A DNA stretch of 64,000 bases, taken from Trichoplax adhaerens. Its lineage: Eukaryota > Animalia > Placozoa. Positions 1-13,838 of the stretch are shown piece by piece. The translations under genes and the position numbers were made by a program. The stretch covers positions 7,939,112 to 8,003,111 of the forward strand of contig NW_002060945.1 of NCBI RefSeq assembly GCF_000150275.1, read 5' to 3'. The notes under the pieces are model-generated. The model was not told where the DNA came from. It did no database searches and worked only from the letters and a program-made list of their open reading frames with translations. How positions within the stretch are numbered: position 1 is the stretch's first letter; each line of letters opens with the position of its first letter.

Positions 1-1339
1 AGTACTTTAGCTTAAAACCCTTGTTGGTACCAAGTTCGGATCAATGAACCCAGTTGCTATATATGTATATTATGTTAATTGCCAATTCTTACGGAATGGA
101 TAACGATTAGAATACCGACAAGGCATAACTGATTTAAACTATCATCAAGTTATTATCTATGATGAGAGATTACCGCGAACGTTATTATGCAAAATAGTTG
201 ACAATAGTGAGAAAACAATACATAAAAGCGACGTTTATTCATGTCTTCTACTGCACTGTTTATACTATACATATCATTACCATATTAAAAGGAAAACATT
301 GATTTTTGCTGAATCACCTCGATTTTAAAAGTTTATACGCATAGTTTTAGGATATACGGTATCTAGCGTCGTCATGTGGATGATATTGAGGGGTAATTGT
401 GATAATTCATTACAAGCTACATTGCAACAACGTACTGTACAATTTTATTTCGATCTTTTTATCGCGTTTCATTGATAAATTTACGAAGTACGTAATACTT
501 GTTTTATGGCACTGTTGCTTTAATGGTTAATCTTAACAAGAAGTGAACTCTCTCTTCTTCATTCACATAGAAAATATTCCAATGTTTAGGAATACGCTGT
601 CTACTGCATGTTTTAATAACAGAACGTCCAAATACTACATTCCAACCGAAGGATAACACTCTTTAAAACGTACAGGATTGACAACAGTACTGTAAACTGC
701 ATTTCATAAACTCCTTCAATCATTTAGTGTAAGTGCAGTAGCATTGCCATAGTAGGAAGCTTTCGAATGAACTACAAAACAGTCTATCGGTCAACTTTTG
801 CGTCATTGCTGTCACATACCTGCATGTTGCATGTACTGTATAGTTCAATGAGTGCACATATCCACGTCGATATTGTAAAATTAATGGAAATGTAACAGTT
901 ACAGTACAGTATACGCACGTAATAAGCCCACGAAATGAACTAATCACAAAACATCAACATATCTTTACGTCTTTTAGTATGTCCTTTACTAAATTGTATG
1001 AAAATTTATGTGTATAGATTACAGTTGTTAGCGCAACGCTATTCTAGTTTTCTTTTTCTTTCAGTTTCATAACCTTCGTTATTACTATGACCATCTAGTA
1101 GTAACAGTATCATATTAACAGTTGCGACAACTATCTGCGAAGGTTCGCCTTGAATTGTAGCACTGTGCTATCTGTGGCTTATAACCGAACATCTTTGCCT
1201 ACCGGTTATGTCGGCAATAGTTCCCTGAAATCATTCGATATTATCGTATTGGAGATTTTCATGCATAGCAACCGTCACTATGACTTACTACTGTATAGTG
1301 ATGATACGAGTAGAAGCAAGGTCATGGAACTTGACTTAC

Positions 1340-2330
1340 CCTTTTGTTAACATTCTTGTGGAAATATTTCAGCTCTATTCCGGTTCAACAATCCAATCAA
1401 TGATTTAATGCGATAGTCACTGTGGTCACTGTGGTCACTGTGATGAAGAAGAGCACCGATGATGTGTAAGATCGTTTAATTTTGGCTTGCAAGAAGAAAC
1501 TGTTCCACTCTCAGTGGCGGTAAAATTAATTTTCGGGAAATTCACTGTCAATTACCAAATCGTTGACTGACAAACTGCCGAAGATGTCAATGACGACGGT
1601 TGTCACCCTTGCTGAATTGAAAGATTATTGTAGATCGAATGACATCGACTACGTATAAAGTTGCCGTCACTTGTACCTGGTAATCTATCAGCCAGTTTCA
1701 GTACCGTAACGTGGTGGTGGCGTACCATTCAGTACCGCCTACTTTCTTTTCCCTGTACTGTACTGTACACTGTACTACTACTGTACCTACAGTAGGATCG
1801 TGTGTAAAAAGTTTGAATATGCCAGCTACAAATTACACGTTCTCATACGTTCTTGGATGTGTGGCATGTCTAATTAGGGTGGTCTAGAGGTCAAGATCTC
1901 TCTATCCAATTTCTGTACTGTACAGCAAACATACAGTACAGTACAGAAATTCGATAGAGATTGATAAAGACATGGTTCGAGATCTGGACTTTTACAGTAT
2001 GCAAGGATACTGTACACTGTACAGTACAATACAATCGCAGTATTACAGTACAGTATACTGTACAGTACAGTGTACAGTGTCTCTAACCTTGACGTGTCAA
2101 AAGTTCAGTTAACCTTTATCACGATAACAGATGAACTATTTCAATGAGAGATGAGAAAAAAATGACGGTCGAAACATTTTTTCGCGTGAATCGGGCAATC
2201 TGATTGGCTATCTCGTGACCTACCAGTCGGTAGCCGGTACCGGTAGCCCGTTTGACATTTGACATTTCGGAATCAGACGATATACTGTACAGTACTGTAA
2301 AAAGAAAGTACAGTACTGTACAGTGATCAA
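1340..2330. promoter_or_regulatory. Putative promoter and first (mostly untranslated) exon of a minus-strand gene extending left
   Basis: E2F-like TTTCGCG (2180-2186), inverted CCAAT (GATTGG 2202-2207), dense CAGTA/TACTG tracts like those at other promoters in the window, and a strong minus-strand donor (AAAAGG|GTAAGT) near 1339. No long ORF. Confidence 0.3.
1750..2330. repeat. Degenerate (CAGTA/TACTG)n pentanucleotide low-complexity tracts
   Basis: Runs such as tactgtactgtacactgtac and tacagtacagtatactgtacagtacag are directly visible. Confidence 0.8.
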
Positions 2331-4565
2331 GTTAAGTTCAGTATCAAATCTCATACAAAATCTTCAATATTTTGAAGAGCAATTTTTTTATTATACTGTA
2401 AAATGACGGTACTATATTTTATACGTAACTCATGCCTTAAAGCAACTTCCTCGTGTAACTTCTGGATTACAGTTAACTTTTGTCTTCACTTTTGTGAAGC
2501 TATTGTAGTGCAATGTACAGTGTACGCGACAGACCCTTCTCTAATTATCTAAGGGTTAAAAGAGGGTCTCTACTCTCTAGTGTACAGTACACTAGAAACC
2601 CTCTATGAAGTACAGTACTGTACTGCACTGTGCAGTGTGCACTAGTGCACAGTAGAGACTCTCTCAATAATAAAGGGTCTCTAGTGCACAGCATGCTTAT
2701 GAGCATGCGTATTTTCAGGTAGTCAAGGCTCATCCCTTATTCTCTTTTGATTTACCCTTTAAAGCAGCCACCAACCTTCTAAAGTAGCTGCGACCAATGT
2801 CTCTTCTCTTCTGTCATATGCTCCTTTATAATTGTCAGTGAGTTGTTGCCGTTCGCCTATTTCAAACAACGACAAAGAACCGTGATTTACAAATGATGAC
2901 TATTCGATTTAAGCCAGCAAACAGTCGAACTTTGATGATGATTGTTTGTTTTAAGTGGTAACAGATAGGGAGGGTTTTGACAGCAACAATTTGTTTGGTT
3001 ATAATTTGTTTATTGATATAGACCGAAAATGCAATAAAGTTCATGGCAACTTCTGGCAATTCATGACTTGATTTATGACCATGTCGTTAATAATAATAAT
3101 TAATTATTATTTAGTATATCAAATCCATTTTTTCCCTCACTACACCACAGCATTACCTACATAGGCGTACGAGTAGTTAAGATCAATTAATGATTATATC
3201 ATATTAGAATTTTTAAGAGATTGTGCAGCAAAACTGCTAGTTTTTAGACTTGGGTATAGTAGTACACGGGACGAGTTGATGTATAGCTACAAATGAACTA
3301 TTTACCGAAAGCCAGAGATAGGTTGTTCTACTGTAAACCGTGAACGTACCATCCTCAAATGCAAAGTATGATCAAGAGTACTTACTGTAAATAAAGTTCT
3401 ATCCTACTCATATGCTAGACTCTACTACAGTTAAAATTTCTCATATCATTCGCCAAGGCTCAAATTTTCCCTTCAAAGAAGTCAATATATGGATTCATTC
3501 ACTGAGCGAGTACAACAGCTTGAGATCGCAATTAGATCCTTACTATGGTACATTAAATAATACAGATAAGAATATTTATCAATGCACATTAGTCATCGTT
3601 TTCTCTTTCATACCGTAATTAAAGCAAGTTGCTTTCTGTATTGTCGTAGTAACAATTTACCGTATATACTGTACTGCAGGATAATGGAATAGAATTGCAA
3701 GGATAGCAGCGAACTAATAACAGAGCCAAGAATCATTTATGCTTTGATTTCGACGTAATAAATCACCTATAGTGCCTAAAGATTTAGCTTGACTAAATAC
3801 TAGCACAATCAATCTCAATTCTTAGCTAAGCGTTCATAGATTAAATGCGTGTAGAATTATAATTATCTATTCTACTTGATAGCATATTAAACAATTTCAA
3901 TAAAAGAAATTCGTAGGGTAAATTCTTCATAAAGGCCACAAGAATCCCAGTTCATCGACAGATACAATCGCGTACATCGAGACCAGTATTAATTATATGA
4001 TTATCAATCAGTCGAAAATAGCTACTAAATTAAACTACAATTTTAAAGGATTATAAAAAGAAAATGTACAACTCGACTAAAATTGCGATACTGTACGAAA
4101 GGAGGACTGATCATACGCTAGTTACCAATAGTGTTCTGTAACCTCACTCCAACTAAATGCCAACTCCGGATTCACATGGCCAACGTAAAGGAAATTTTTT
4201 ATTCAGACACAGGGGTCGTAATCATAACATCAAAAGTTATACTACAATCTAGTCACCCATTCAGCGATAGAATGCAATCCGATATATTAAACTTTCAAGG
4301 TACCTAGTAAGAAAGCATCTTGTACCACGTATCATAAGGAATTAATTCATATTTTGTTATAAAATAAATACTATTCAATTTAATCATTTGACTTTAGATG
4401 TGTATTTATATCAACGTAAATATCAAAATTTCATTCCATGAACTAAAGTAAGAAATAAAGATTCTATCACACTTGTAGTGTAATCCACGCGTATTCTCGT
4501 TGCCATGATATACGTCAGCTTGAGAATCAATCGTTCAATGTACAGTATATCTCCATGATCACAAT

Positions 4566-5684
4566 TTAGATAAAAGCCGCTAATTTATCTTTTGTATCGC
4601 TATGGCCAGACTTTTTAGTCATAACAGCGTTCAAATCCATAAACGTACTAGATTTTCGGCGTGTAGAAAAATTAGTTAAATTTGAAGAGGACAAGTTTGA
4701 CCGCGACAGCCTACGTCTATATTGTAATAATTTCCCGCGTAGAACATAAATTATAGGATTCCAACATGCATTCGAATAACCAAATAGTCGAGCTGCATAC
4801 TCAATGTTTGCTGCAGATGATGCCGAAATATTTGTTAACTGATTGGTTAAAGCACTTAAGACAAAAGCATAAAACATTATCCAACACAGGAAATGAACTA
4901 TAATGATAATAACCGCCGTTAAAATCGTCTGCTTCTGAACCAACCAACCTTTTTTGTCAGTTTCTACATTGCTTTTGATGCCAGTAATACCATTTGTTTT
5001 ACTTTTCATAGCGGCCAATATCTTCCAGTAGCAAACAGCTATAATAACCATTGGCAATACGTAAAGCAATAAGCCACCAATAGCGAAATAAATAAGGCTA
5101 TCAGGGTAGACTTGAGTATTTCTACAAATCGTTATCCTGCCATTGGGTAGATAATAATGTTGTACATCCGTTACAAATAGAGTTGGTAAGGCGTAAGCTA
5201 CAGCGGCTAGCCAAATTAAACAAATAATTGCACGTTTAGTCCATACATTAGATGTTATGCCATAAGTGAGCGGTTTCGTAGCCGCTAAACAGCGCTCAAT
5301 ACTGATAGCTAGTGTAGCAAATGATGATGCTCCAATTGATAATGTTTGTAGGAATGGCACAATCTTACACATAGCTGCACCAAAAGGCCATGTATAATGA
5401 ACTAGTTGTAGTACCGCAAGGACGGGTGAACATATAACTGAAGATAGTAAATCAGCTACGGCCAAATTAAAGAAGAAATAATAGGTTACTAATGGTAAAG
5501 TATGTTGCCGTGAAAGTAAAATTATAACTGTGACATTGCTTAAAATACCAATAATGCTTATTAGGCATAAAAAAATTGATTTTACAATATCTTCAGCCGA
5601 TGCTGGATGGAATATTGGATCGGCGGTTAGCATTACGTTGCTAGTTGAAAAGGCTGAAACTGCAATAGTTGTAATATTATCCAT
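4566..5684 (-). CDS. Intronless rhodopsin-class (class A) GPCR, peptide-receptor-like, 372 aa
   Basis: Seven hydrophobic segments; TM1 SN, TM2 NLAVAD, WPFG..MCK loop, TM3 ERC, TM4 W, TM5 P, TM7 NPIIY; N-terminal N-glycosylation site; Ser/Thr-rich C-tail. Confidence 0.95.
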   Translation of the reverse strand: MDNITTIAVSAFSTSNVMLTADPIFHPASAEDIVKSIFLCLISIIGILSNVTVIILLSRQHTLPLVTYYFFFNLAVADLLSSVICSPVLAVLQLVHYTWPFGAAMCKIVPFLQTLSIGASSFATLAISIERCLAATKPLTYGITSNVWTKRAIICLIWLAAVAYALPTLFVTDVQHYYLPNGRITICRNTQVYPDSLIYFAIGGLLLYVLPMVIIAVCYWKILAAMKSKTNGITGIKSNVETDKKGWLVQKQTILTAVIIIIVHFLCWIMFYAFVLSALTNQLTNISASSAANIEYAARLFGYSNACWNPIIYVLRGKLLQYRRRLSRSNLSSSNLTNFSTRRKSSTFMDLNAVMTKKSGHSDTKDKLAAFI

Positions 5685-8600
5685 GCTTACTTTCCTCCTT
5701 ATTTCAATCTTTCAACAGTAGACATGAAGAAGGCAACGCTTCTCTCTTACTTAATGTTCTCACTGATTACTGTAGCTTTTAATACACTAGCGATGACAAA
5801 GACTTGCACGTATTGTCTATATACAATCGCTGCATTATTTAAACTAGTTTTATTTGTGGTAACGCAAACTACAAATATGTTAATTAGGAATGATGCACTT
5901 ATTATAAGATTTGGCAAGTATAAAATAATAGTTACGCTTGTGTTAGTATCGTGTACAAGTAGATCATAAAACAGAATTGAAACAATATTATTATTTAATA
6001 CATCATTGATAAGTTTACAATGTATAATAGACTACTTAAAAGCGTACGGTGTTTCCATGAGATCTATTGAAATTCGGAATTGTTACCGGAAGCGGCTATT
6101 AATTTTAGCCTATTTTAATAAGAGTTTGTGACATTACTCATATCGACACCTGCTGATGCCCAATGCTATTGTACTGGTAGTTGAATTTAGAAAAAAAATC
6201 GCTATTACAACTTTACTACATCAACAAAGTGGACTGATAGTTAAAAAATATCGTAAAAAATGCAAGAAACAGTAGAGGAATGTTGATAAATTAAAGCAAA
6301 CAAACCGTTATTATTAAAAATTCGCGATTGATGTACATTGTACCGGCACGTTAGTGAATTAATCAATAGTAGAACCAGTTTACGTCAGATCAGTAAATGG
6401 ACAACTAATACCTCAGCGCTAATGCTTTATTAGCGAAAAAATTAAATCTTTTGAATTCTGTCTGGGCGTTAATTAACTCTTTAGTATGACGTAGATTGTG
6501 TTAATGGCAATTACTTCTCTATTTTCATGTTATTGGAATGTCACCCTTTATGTGTACCAGTTAATCAAGTCAAGGTAGATGATAAAATTATTTGGCCATG
6601 GCAAAAATTGCAAGTCCATAGTGCTACTTATTTTTGGATATTTTTATTCTGGTAAATGATAGTAACGCTACAGGGAACATAACATGAATCACTTGTATTG
6701 ATATACTGAACTTAATTGACTTTTAAACATTTCAAAAAGTGAGATTTACAATAGCCTTAAATCGTATAATAAGATGCGGATTGCATGCGTTAAGGGGTTG
6801 TAGTTGTCATTTTATATTTATATCGCAAGAACGGTAACCATGGGTTAATTCTTTGTTTCACGGTTTATATGGATGTATTTTCAAGAATGATTGATACATG
6901 TAAAAGAGGGACGACTGTTCTAATTTAGCTGATACTAGCCAAAATTTTACTTAACACTTGTTACGGATTGTCAAAACAACCTAGCTGTAGTGTAAAAAGA
7001 ATAAACGAATGATGGTTATGTCTCAGTATCCTAAAAGGAATAACTTCAGATACATCATACAACATCCATAATATGTGTGTTTTGGCTCTTACTAAGATAT
7101 CCTACAACCATTTCAACATGGAAATTACGTATACATTACAAAACTATAAAATACTTTAATAGAATTATAAACTAAATATTTTCATATATTTTATCGGACA
7201 TAAATAATTCGCTGTTCTGCTTCGTATTTGTCACTATTTGTATAGGTCAAATATCCGAGGTCAGAAATTATCAAAAGGGCTATGCAATATTACCAAATAA
7301 GACTGAAAGTCAACTTCTCAATATAGTATATCCGGAATAAGATAGGATGTAAGCTATACACATACAATTAACATTAATACCTCAGGACGGTATCGATGAC
7401 TTCATCTATTGCTCTAATATTTAATGTCAGAAATGTCAAATAAGCCTTCTTGCACTTTGTCGCGGAGTAACTTTTGCGTGGCTGTTGCAACATAGTTTCT
7501 GTAAGATAACTTATCTCGGAATAAATTGACATTAATTGCCAATGACGCTTTACAGGTTTTCAATAGATAACTGCATAGTTGCATAATATTATCTATAAGC
7601 TGATAATTATGTAATTAAATCTATATAGATTACCATGAATTGACTGGCTTTTTCAATAAAGTTTAGGTTCAATTTTGTCTACGAGACTAAAAGGTGTTTT
7701 GCTGTTCCTCTTGATGATAGGAGATCGTGAGTATTTAGAGTCGTACTGCGGGTAAATATCAGGGAGGATGAACCTGACAGCAGGCTCGTAGTTGTAATTT
7801 CTGTAACACGCGTAGTTTTATTTTTCGTCATAACAAACTTAAATTTATAACATACTTTTATAGTATTCACACTTGCAATTATATATTATAGCTACAAATT
7901 ACGTCAGAAGATATGCTATTATTGTTAAAATTATTTTTTCCAAAATCAGCCACGGATTTGAATATTGGATATGATACTGTATTAGCTCTTGCATAGATGC
8001 AACGCAAGAGTAAATACATTAGCAATAGGCAATAACTTAACTTAGCTGCCTTAAATTATTACCGATAGCATATTAATTTTTTTGAGCGAAGTATAAGATA
8101 TAACACAGCTACCAATTCAATTATTCTCGGTAATATTATATAGGCTTGAATATACTATGAAATTTTGATTAACAGTTTACAACAATCTTTTGATCACGTT
8201 ATCCAAAATTTTACTCAAGTCACTTTCTAGCGTTTAATTAATTTGATCACTTGCTACGTTGATTTTTTACTACCTTAAACTTCAATACTACCAAAATTTA
8301 CTTTATATGACTTATTCATCGAGTGTTACTATTGATTATGATCATACAGTCCTGTACCCATTATTAGGGGACAGTCCATGTATTGGGATATTTTATCATG
8401 TAACTTCTTTATCCTAAATTAATCGTTATAGTTAATATTATAATAATATTTGTGATAGAACTTATACTATATTACCGTATCGAATAACGCTGATGTGGGA
8501 ATCTATCATACAATATATGGAAACTTTTTTGAAATGGTGAACTCTGATCAAGTAGCTTCAAAATGAAATTTAACGAGTTTCCAAAATAGAAATACGTTTC

Positions 8601-9080
8601 TGATGGAAAAGTTAAGGAGATGATCAATGGGCTATCTTATTTTAAATTTTATAACAACAGTCGAGTAGAGAATATCACTTCTGAGCAGCACCTCAAAAAA
8701 TTACTATGGATGTAGTTTTCACGTATTTCATGTTATTTGCACGTAGAAATGCAAAAATTAAACTGCTTAACACAATGCTACTATAATGCTTAAAATTAGT
8801 TCAGAGCATAAATATTGAACCAGGGTCAACGATCTATTGATCTTTATCAAATCATGTTAGTAATAGCAAAAAGCTCGCTTTAAAATAATTTCAAAACGCG
8901 TAAAATATTCTATTTACCCGTATTAGGAATCATTGTTCGGAAAAAAATCAAGTAGAAAATAACCAATCGCTATTCGCTGGACATTCATTAATCGGTAATC
9001 AATGCTTTAATCATACTCCCTTTTAAAGCGAAAATTTAGTAAGAAAATACATAGTTCTAATTAAATTAAAGTTCTACAAC

Positions 9081-9260
9081 ATGTTTTATGTAAAATCCAG
9101 CTTTTGGCTATTATTTTAATTGCTACGGAACCTCTTTTAGATAGCGTTCTCTTGTAATGTAAAAGTGCTAAAAATGTTTTATGTAAAATCCAGCTTTTGG
9201 CTATTATTTTAGTTATTAAGGAACCTCTTTTAGATAGCGCTCTTTTGTAATGTAAAAGTG
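9081..9260. repeat. Tandem duplication, 2 x ~93 bp
   Basis: atgttttatgtaaaatccagcttttggctattatttta...gaacctcttttagatagcg...taatgtaaaagtgc occurs at ~9081 and ~9174. Confidence 0.9.
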
Positions 9261-12200
9261 CCATATACTTAAAGGTGCTAATTGTCTTCATTCCTATCAA
9301 CCGTCTGACTATTGTTTGCAACATGTGTGATGGCGCCATACTCTTTGCTGAGATCACGAAAATTCGATCAGATGTATACGTATGATAATAATTAAAAAAA
9401 TTATGGTATGTATGAATCAAAACTATATATCACGCAATCAACTGTAGAATCACGTTATTTAGTAGGTCAGAAAAAATTTCAATAAAATACATAATTCTAC
9501 TACTGCAGTATTATTAAGTTGAAAAGGAAGTTATTAGAGGATAAATTCATCAATATTCTTAATGTATAATTTATCCTAGTTTTTCCGGTGATCAATATCG
9601 TACAAGCTACAAGCGGAGGCAAGAGAGATACATAAATAACTCTATTGTTTGTGCCAGGTTTTTTTATCTACCCATGTGCCAAGTAAGAAACACAGCATTT
9701 GCTGTTAACTTTAAAAATAAAATGACTTAAATAGAGTTAACGGATAGGTGGTACGAATTACCGGCAATTTATTGAAATGTCACAAATGGCGCCAAGAAAA
9801 AAGGCAGGAAGAGATAGTAATAATCAAAGATACTTCACTTTTAAGAGTTACAGATGCTGTATATATACAGTACGTACGGTTTAAATACTCATGATTGTAT
9901 TTGCAACACGCTGTGCAAATGCTTAATTATGATATGAGTGTTATTTGTAAATTCAGCAGACATCGAAATTAAATACAGCTAGAGCGACCACCCCTAGTTT
10001 AGATTTAAAGTTCTAATATATTATGCATACGTAATCTACATTTGTTTCGTCTTAGGTATTTCGGATATGATGGTAATGTCATCAAAAACCTTGTAGATTG
10101 ATTTGTATTGAGGATATTGAATAAATTACAAAGAAGTAGATATAGTTCGTCATGAAAGCGATTGCAATCACGAAAATGTTAAAATTTTCGTAAACGTTAC
10201 AGTCAATGCAAGACCTTTGCTTTAAAAAAAAAGAATTTATGGAATAAATTCTACGAATTAAAGTCTAATAATTATACTAAAACCTAGAAAGCCATAGGTT
10301 AAAGACATTTTAATTACCGTTACGTACGAGAGCCCATAACGACTGTACTTGATGCATGTTTGCGAGTGCTTTACTATGTATTATAATATGTATCTCTACA
10401 AAATTACACTAACATTATTATGTATCTGGTATGCAAATACATTTAAATGCATCATTATTAAAGTCGATAGACAGACTCACTAACAGATTAAGTTCATAAT
10501 GTTTTATATTGCTAAATGTATGTAGAAAAGTTAGATATTATTTCCTAGTATTAATTAAGTATAATGCCTAAACCGGAAAGTTAGTGTTTGGACTCAAATT
10601 ATTTTAGAAAATAAAATGCTTCTATTATTATTAGTCATACTATAACTAACGATCAGTTTCCAAGCTTCATAGGGATAAAAGAGATACTTGATATCAAGGA
10701 GAAATTATCATCAATTTTAAAAGTATCATTTATTAAAAATTATTGTAATTTAAGTAGTATTCATTTTACAATACTGTAGTAACTAGTTCTAAATACTTTG
10801 ATAATCTTATTCCTTAAGATATAGACGTTGTTAACAGATTATGCCATGATCTTACTTTACAATTTATAAATCGTGCTATAGGTACCGCACTTTTCCGGTA
10901 AAAATTGAACTGCCACATTAATTGAATCCTTACGTTATATATCTTTCAAATATTAAAATTAAAATTTTGATATCATGTTAATAGCAATGTATTAGATGCA
11001 AAAATTTCAAAATAAAGATATTTTTTATTTCATCAAGAAAATTGTGAACGCCTCAGAATAATATCTAATATCACACATATTAGTGTTTATTGTGTTACTT
11101 GAATTTAATTATAATAGATAATGAAGAACAGTATGCACAATATACCTTCAGCGTATCTACGTTCACAATCTAAATAAAGTAACAATAATAAGGCTTCATA
11201 GAAAGGAAGTTTCAAATAATATCGAATTTAAGAAAAATTTGATTACTTTACGATTAGAATTGACATTGCCAAATGTAATATTGTAATTTCATTATCCCGC
11301 TAGAAAATTGGAAGGCTCGATAGTCTTACCATCAGTGGCTATAGACGAAGAAAGCTATTTGGGCTGTTAGAATACAATATTAGTGATTAACATTTTGAAA
11401 ATCACCTGACCGTTTCATTTCGAAGGTCCGTTCATTAGATAGCATACAACATACTGTAGGTATATTTGTAAGTAGCTTTTTGACGGCAATTTAAGTGTTA
11501 TCGTAAATAAATTATTTAGACGGGTAAATTTTTTTGTAAAATTACCGAAGTATTTACGATTTGGAATGATACTTTGAACAAACTTTAAAGTAATTATTAG
11601 CAATGTGCGTCGTATACTTACAAATTATGGTGATACATATAAATATACATATTTAATTTATATGCAAACGTGCAATAAAACTTATCGAAGCCAGCTTAGT
11701 AACAAAAATTTTACATCTGTAAAGAAATATGAAATAAGAAATATTAAAGATTTACATATAAAATTTATTGATCAGTTTTATTCTTCTTATTTTTATATCC
11801 CTTCTTCATGCCCTCTATTGAAATTTCAGTGGTCATATTTCGATCTAGTAGTAATTGAAGCCTGTGCAGTAATTTACTATTAATCTACTCCATATTCATT
11901 TAATATTAAAAACCAGCTTTTACAATATATAGTAGTATGGTAGCATATAGTAACTATGAAAAATCTGAGAAAGTAAAATATAGCAGTGTATTAATTATGT
12001 CGATTTAAAGCCAGCCAAATGACGAATTGTTACTTAGTTTCAAAGTTAACCAGGTGTAACTTTATAAAACACCTTGAAACAACATTCCAATTTTAATAGC
12101 GTATCAAAGTATCAATTACGTCCAAGATTATATAGATTAAGTACTTAAATAGTGCTCTCGGCAATTTCTCATTACATAATGTAATGCATAATTACTTTAG

Positions 12201-12797
12201 AGATGAAATTTCAATTTATATAGACAAAAGCGTTTATTGTCATATAAAATTTACAGTCTTTCATCTTAGTATATTATTTCGTGTTCTGTAGTCATCCGTA
12301 ATTTAATAAGCTTATTTTGTAATCGATTTAAATGTGATTGTACTATTGTTCCGCAATGATAAATACATAATTTAAGTTTTTGATTGTGTTTCATTTTGGA
12401 CAGCTTTCTTGTCTGAATATTCCAATATTAGCATCAATCAATTGAACTTCAAACTGTTTATTGTCGTACTGTATTTGAATTGTGCAGACAAATCATTTTA
12501 AACGTTATATAAATATAATAGCATGTTTTGGTTCGCAAAATTACAAGAAATTACTGATAACAAAAAAAATATAGATTTTATCCCCAAGATTAAGGGATAA
12601 AATTGATTGAATTGATGCAATTGTATCACTTTGATAATGCTCTACTTCTTGTTGAAGTATCCGGGATCGCGAATGAATTTTTTACGGAGAATTACCTTAC
12701 GATAACTTTACTGGAACTTCGTCGATTACGAATTTCTTCTTACGAGTTGCAAGGTTGATTGTGAGTTTGATTTAACGATAAACAAACTTTTTGAATC

Positions 12798-13838
12798 ATG
12801 TATAATGACACTGAAAATTACGCTATGACAACTTCTACAACTCCTCTGTTACTAACTTATGCAAGCGATATCCGATCAGTTACTCATATTTTTATTGCGG
12901 CCGTTATTACTTTCGGTGGAATTATTAGCAATATGCTTGCAATTATAGGTATTATTAGGCAAAAAAATTGGCATGGTAAAGTTATCAATCCTTTTTATTT
13001 AAATTTGGCTATCGCTGATTTTATAGTATGTGCCGTATGTCTTCCAATTACGGTAGTGAATCATTTACTATTAAACTCATGGATCTTAAATCATTCCAAT
13101 TGTAAAATTTTACCTACTATTCAAGTATTTGCGATTACAGCTTCGTCTTTAACTATCATCGCTATTAACTTTGAACGTTTATATGCAGCAATTACTCCAA
13201 TTCGTTATTCTTTGCAAGTTAATAGCTACAAAATTTGCTTCATTATCGCTTTTATATGGATAATTAGTAGTATTTTCTCTCTGCCTAACATATTCTTTTT
13301 GCATACATCTATATATTCCATAGATGGTCGATCCTTTGTACTTTGTAGTTATGTATGGAAAAAACTTACTAGTATTGGTTACATTTATATTATATTTAGT
13401 GCTCTTTTTTATTACATTATTCCATCGGTGAGTGCGGTGATGTCATATCGCTATATCTCAACAAAAGTATCACAGAACGGAAGATATTTAATGAAAGATC
13501 AAATCGAACTAAGTGGAGTATATAGCTTAGATGGATCGACACTTTCTAGGTGTCCAACAATTTCTCGATATACTAGAATTCAACGCACTGCAACTCGTTT
13601 AGCGATTATAGTTACCACCATCCATGTATTAACTTGGTCTGGGTATCCAACGTTGTTGCTACTTCAATTGGTTAAAGCCCTACCACAAAAGGCAAACTAT
13701 TTGCCAGACTTATCTTTTTCTTTAAAAATTATTGGGTTTGCAAGTTCAGGCTTCAATCCGATCATTTACGTTTTAAATAAATCTGCAAAGCAACCTAACT
13801 CGAGACCATCAAGAAAGTCTCGTATTTATTCCGTATAA
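12798..13838 (+). CDS. Intronless rhodopsin-class GPCR, peptide-receptor-like, 346 aa, paralogue of 4566-5684
   Basis: TM1 SN, TM2 NLAIAD, W..NCK, TM3 ERL, TM4 W..P, TM5 P, TM7 NPIIY; same overall layout as the first GPCR. Confidence 0.95.
   Translation: MYNDTENYAMTTSTTPLLLTYASDIRSVTHIFIAAVITFGGIISNMLAIIGIIRQKNWHGKVINPFYLNLAIADFIVCAVCLPITVVNHLLLNSWILNHSNCKILPTIQVFAITASSLTIIAINFERLYAAITPIRYSLQVNSYKICFIIAFIWIISSIFSLPNIFFLHTSIYSIDGRSFVLCSYVWKKLTSIGYIYIIFSALFYYIIPSVSAVMSYRYISTKVSQNGRYLMKDQIELSGVYSLDGSTLSRCPTISRYTRIQRTATRLAIIVTTIHVLTWSGYPTLLLLQLVKALPQKANYLPDLSFSLKIIGFASSGFNPIIYVLNKSAKQPNSRPSRKSRIYSV

Noticed and set aside
9061-9420. 119-aa ORF with an internal repeat
   Set aside because: Explained by the 93-bp tandem duplication; no recognisable domain.
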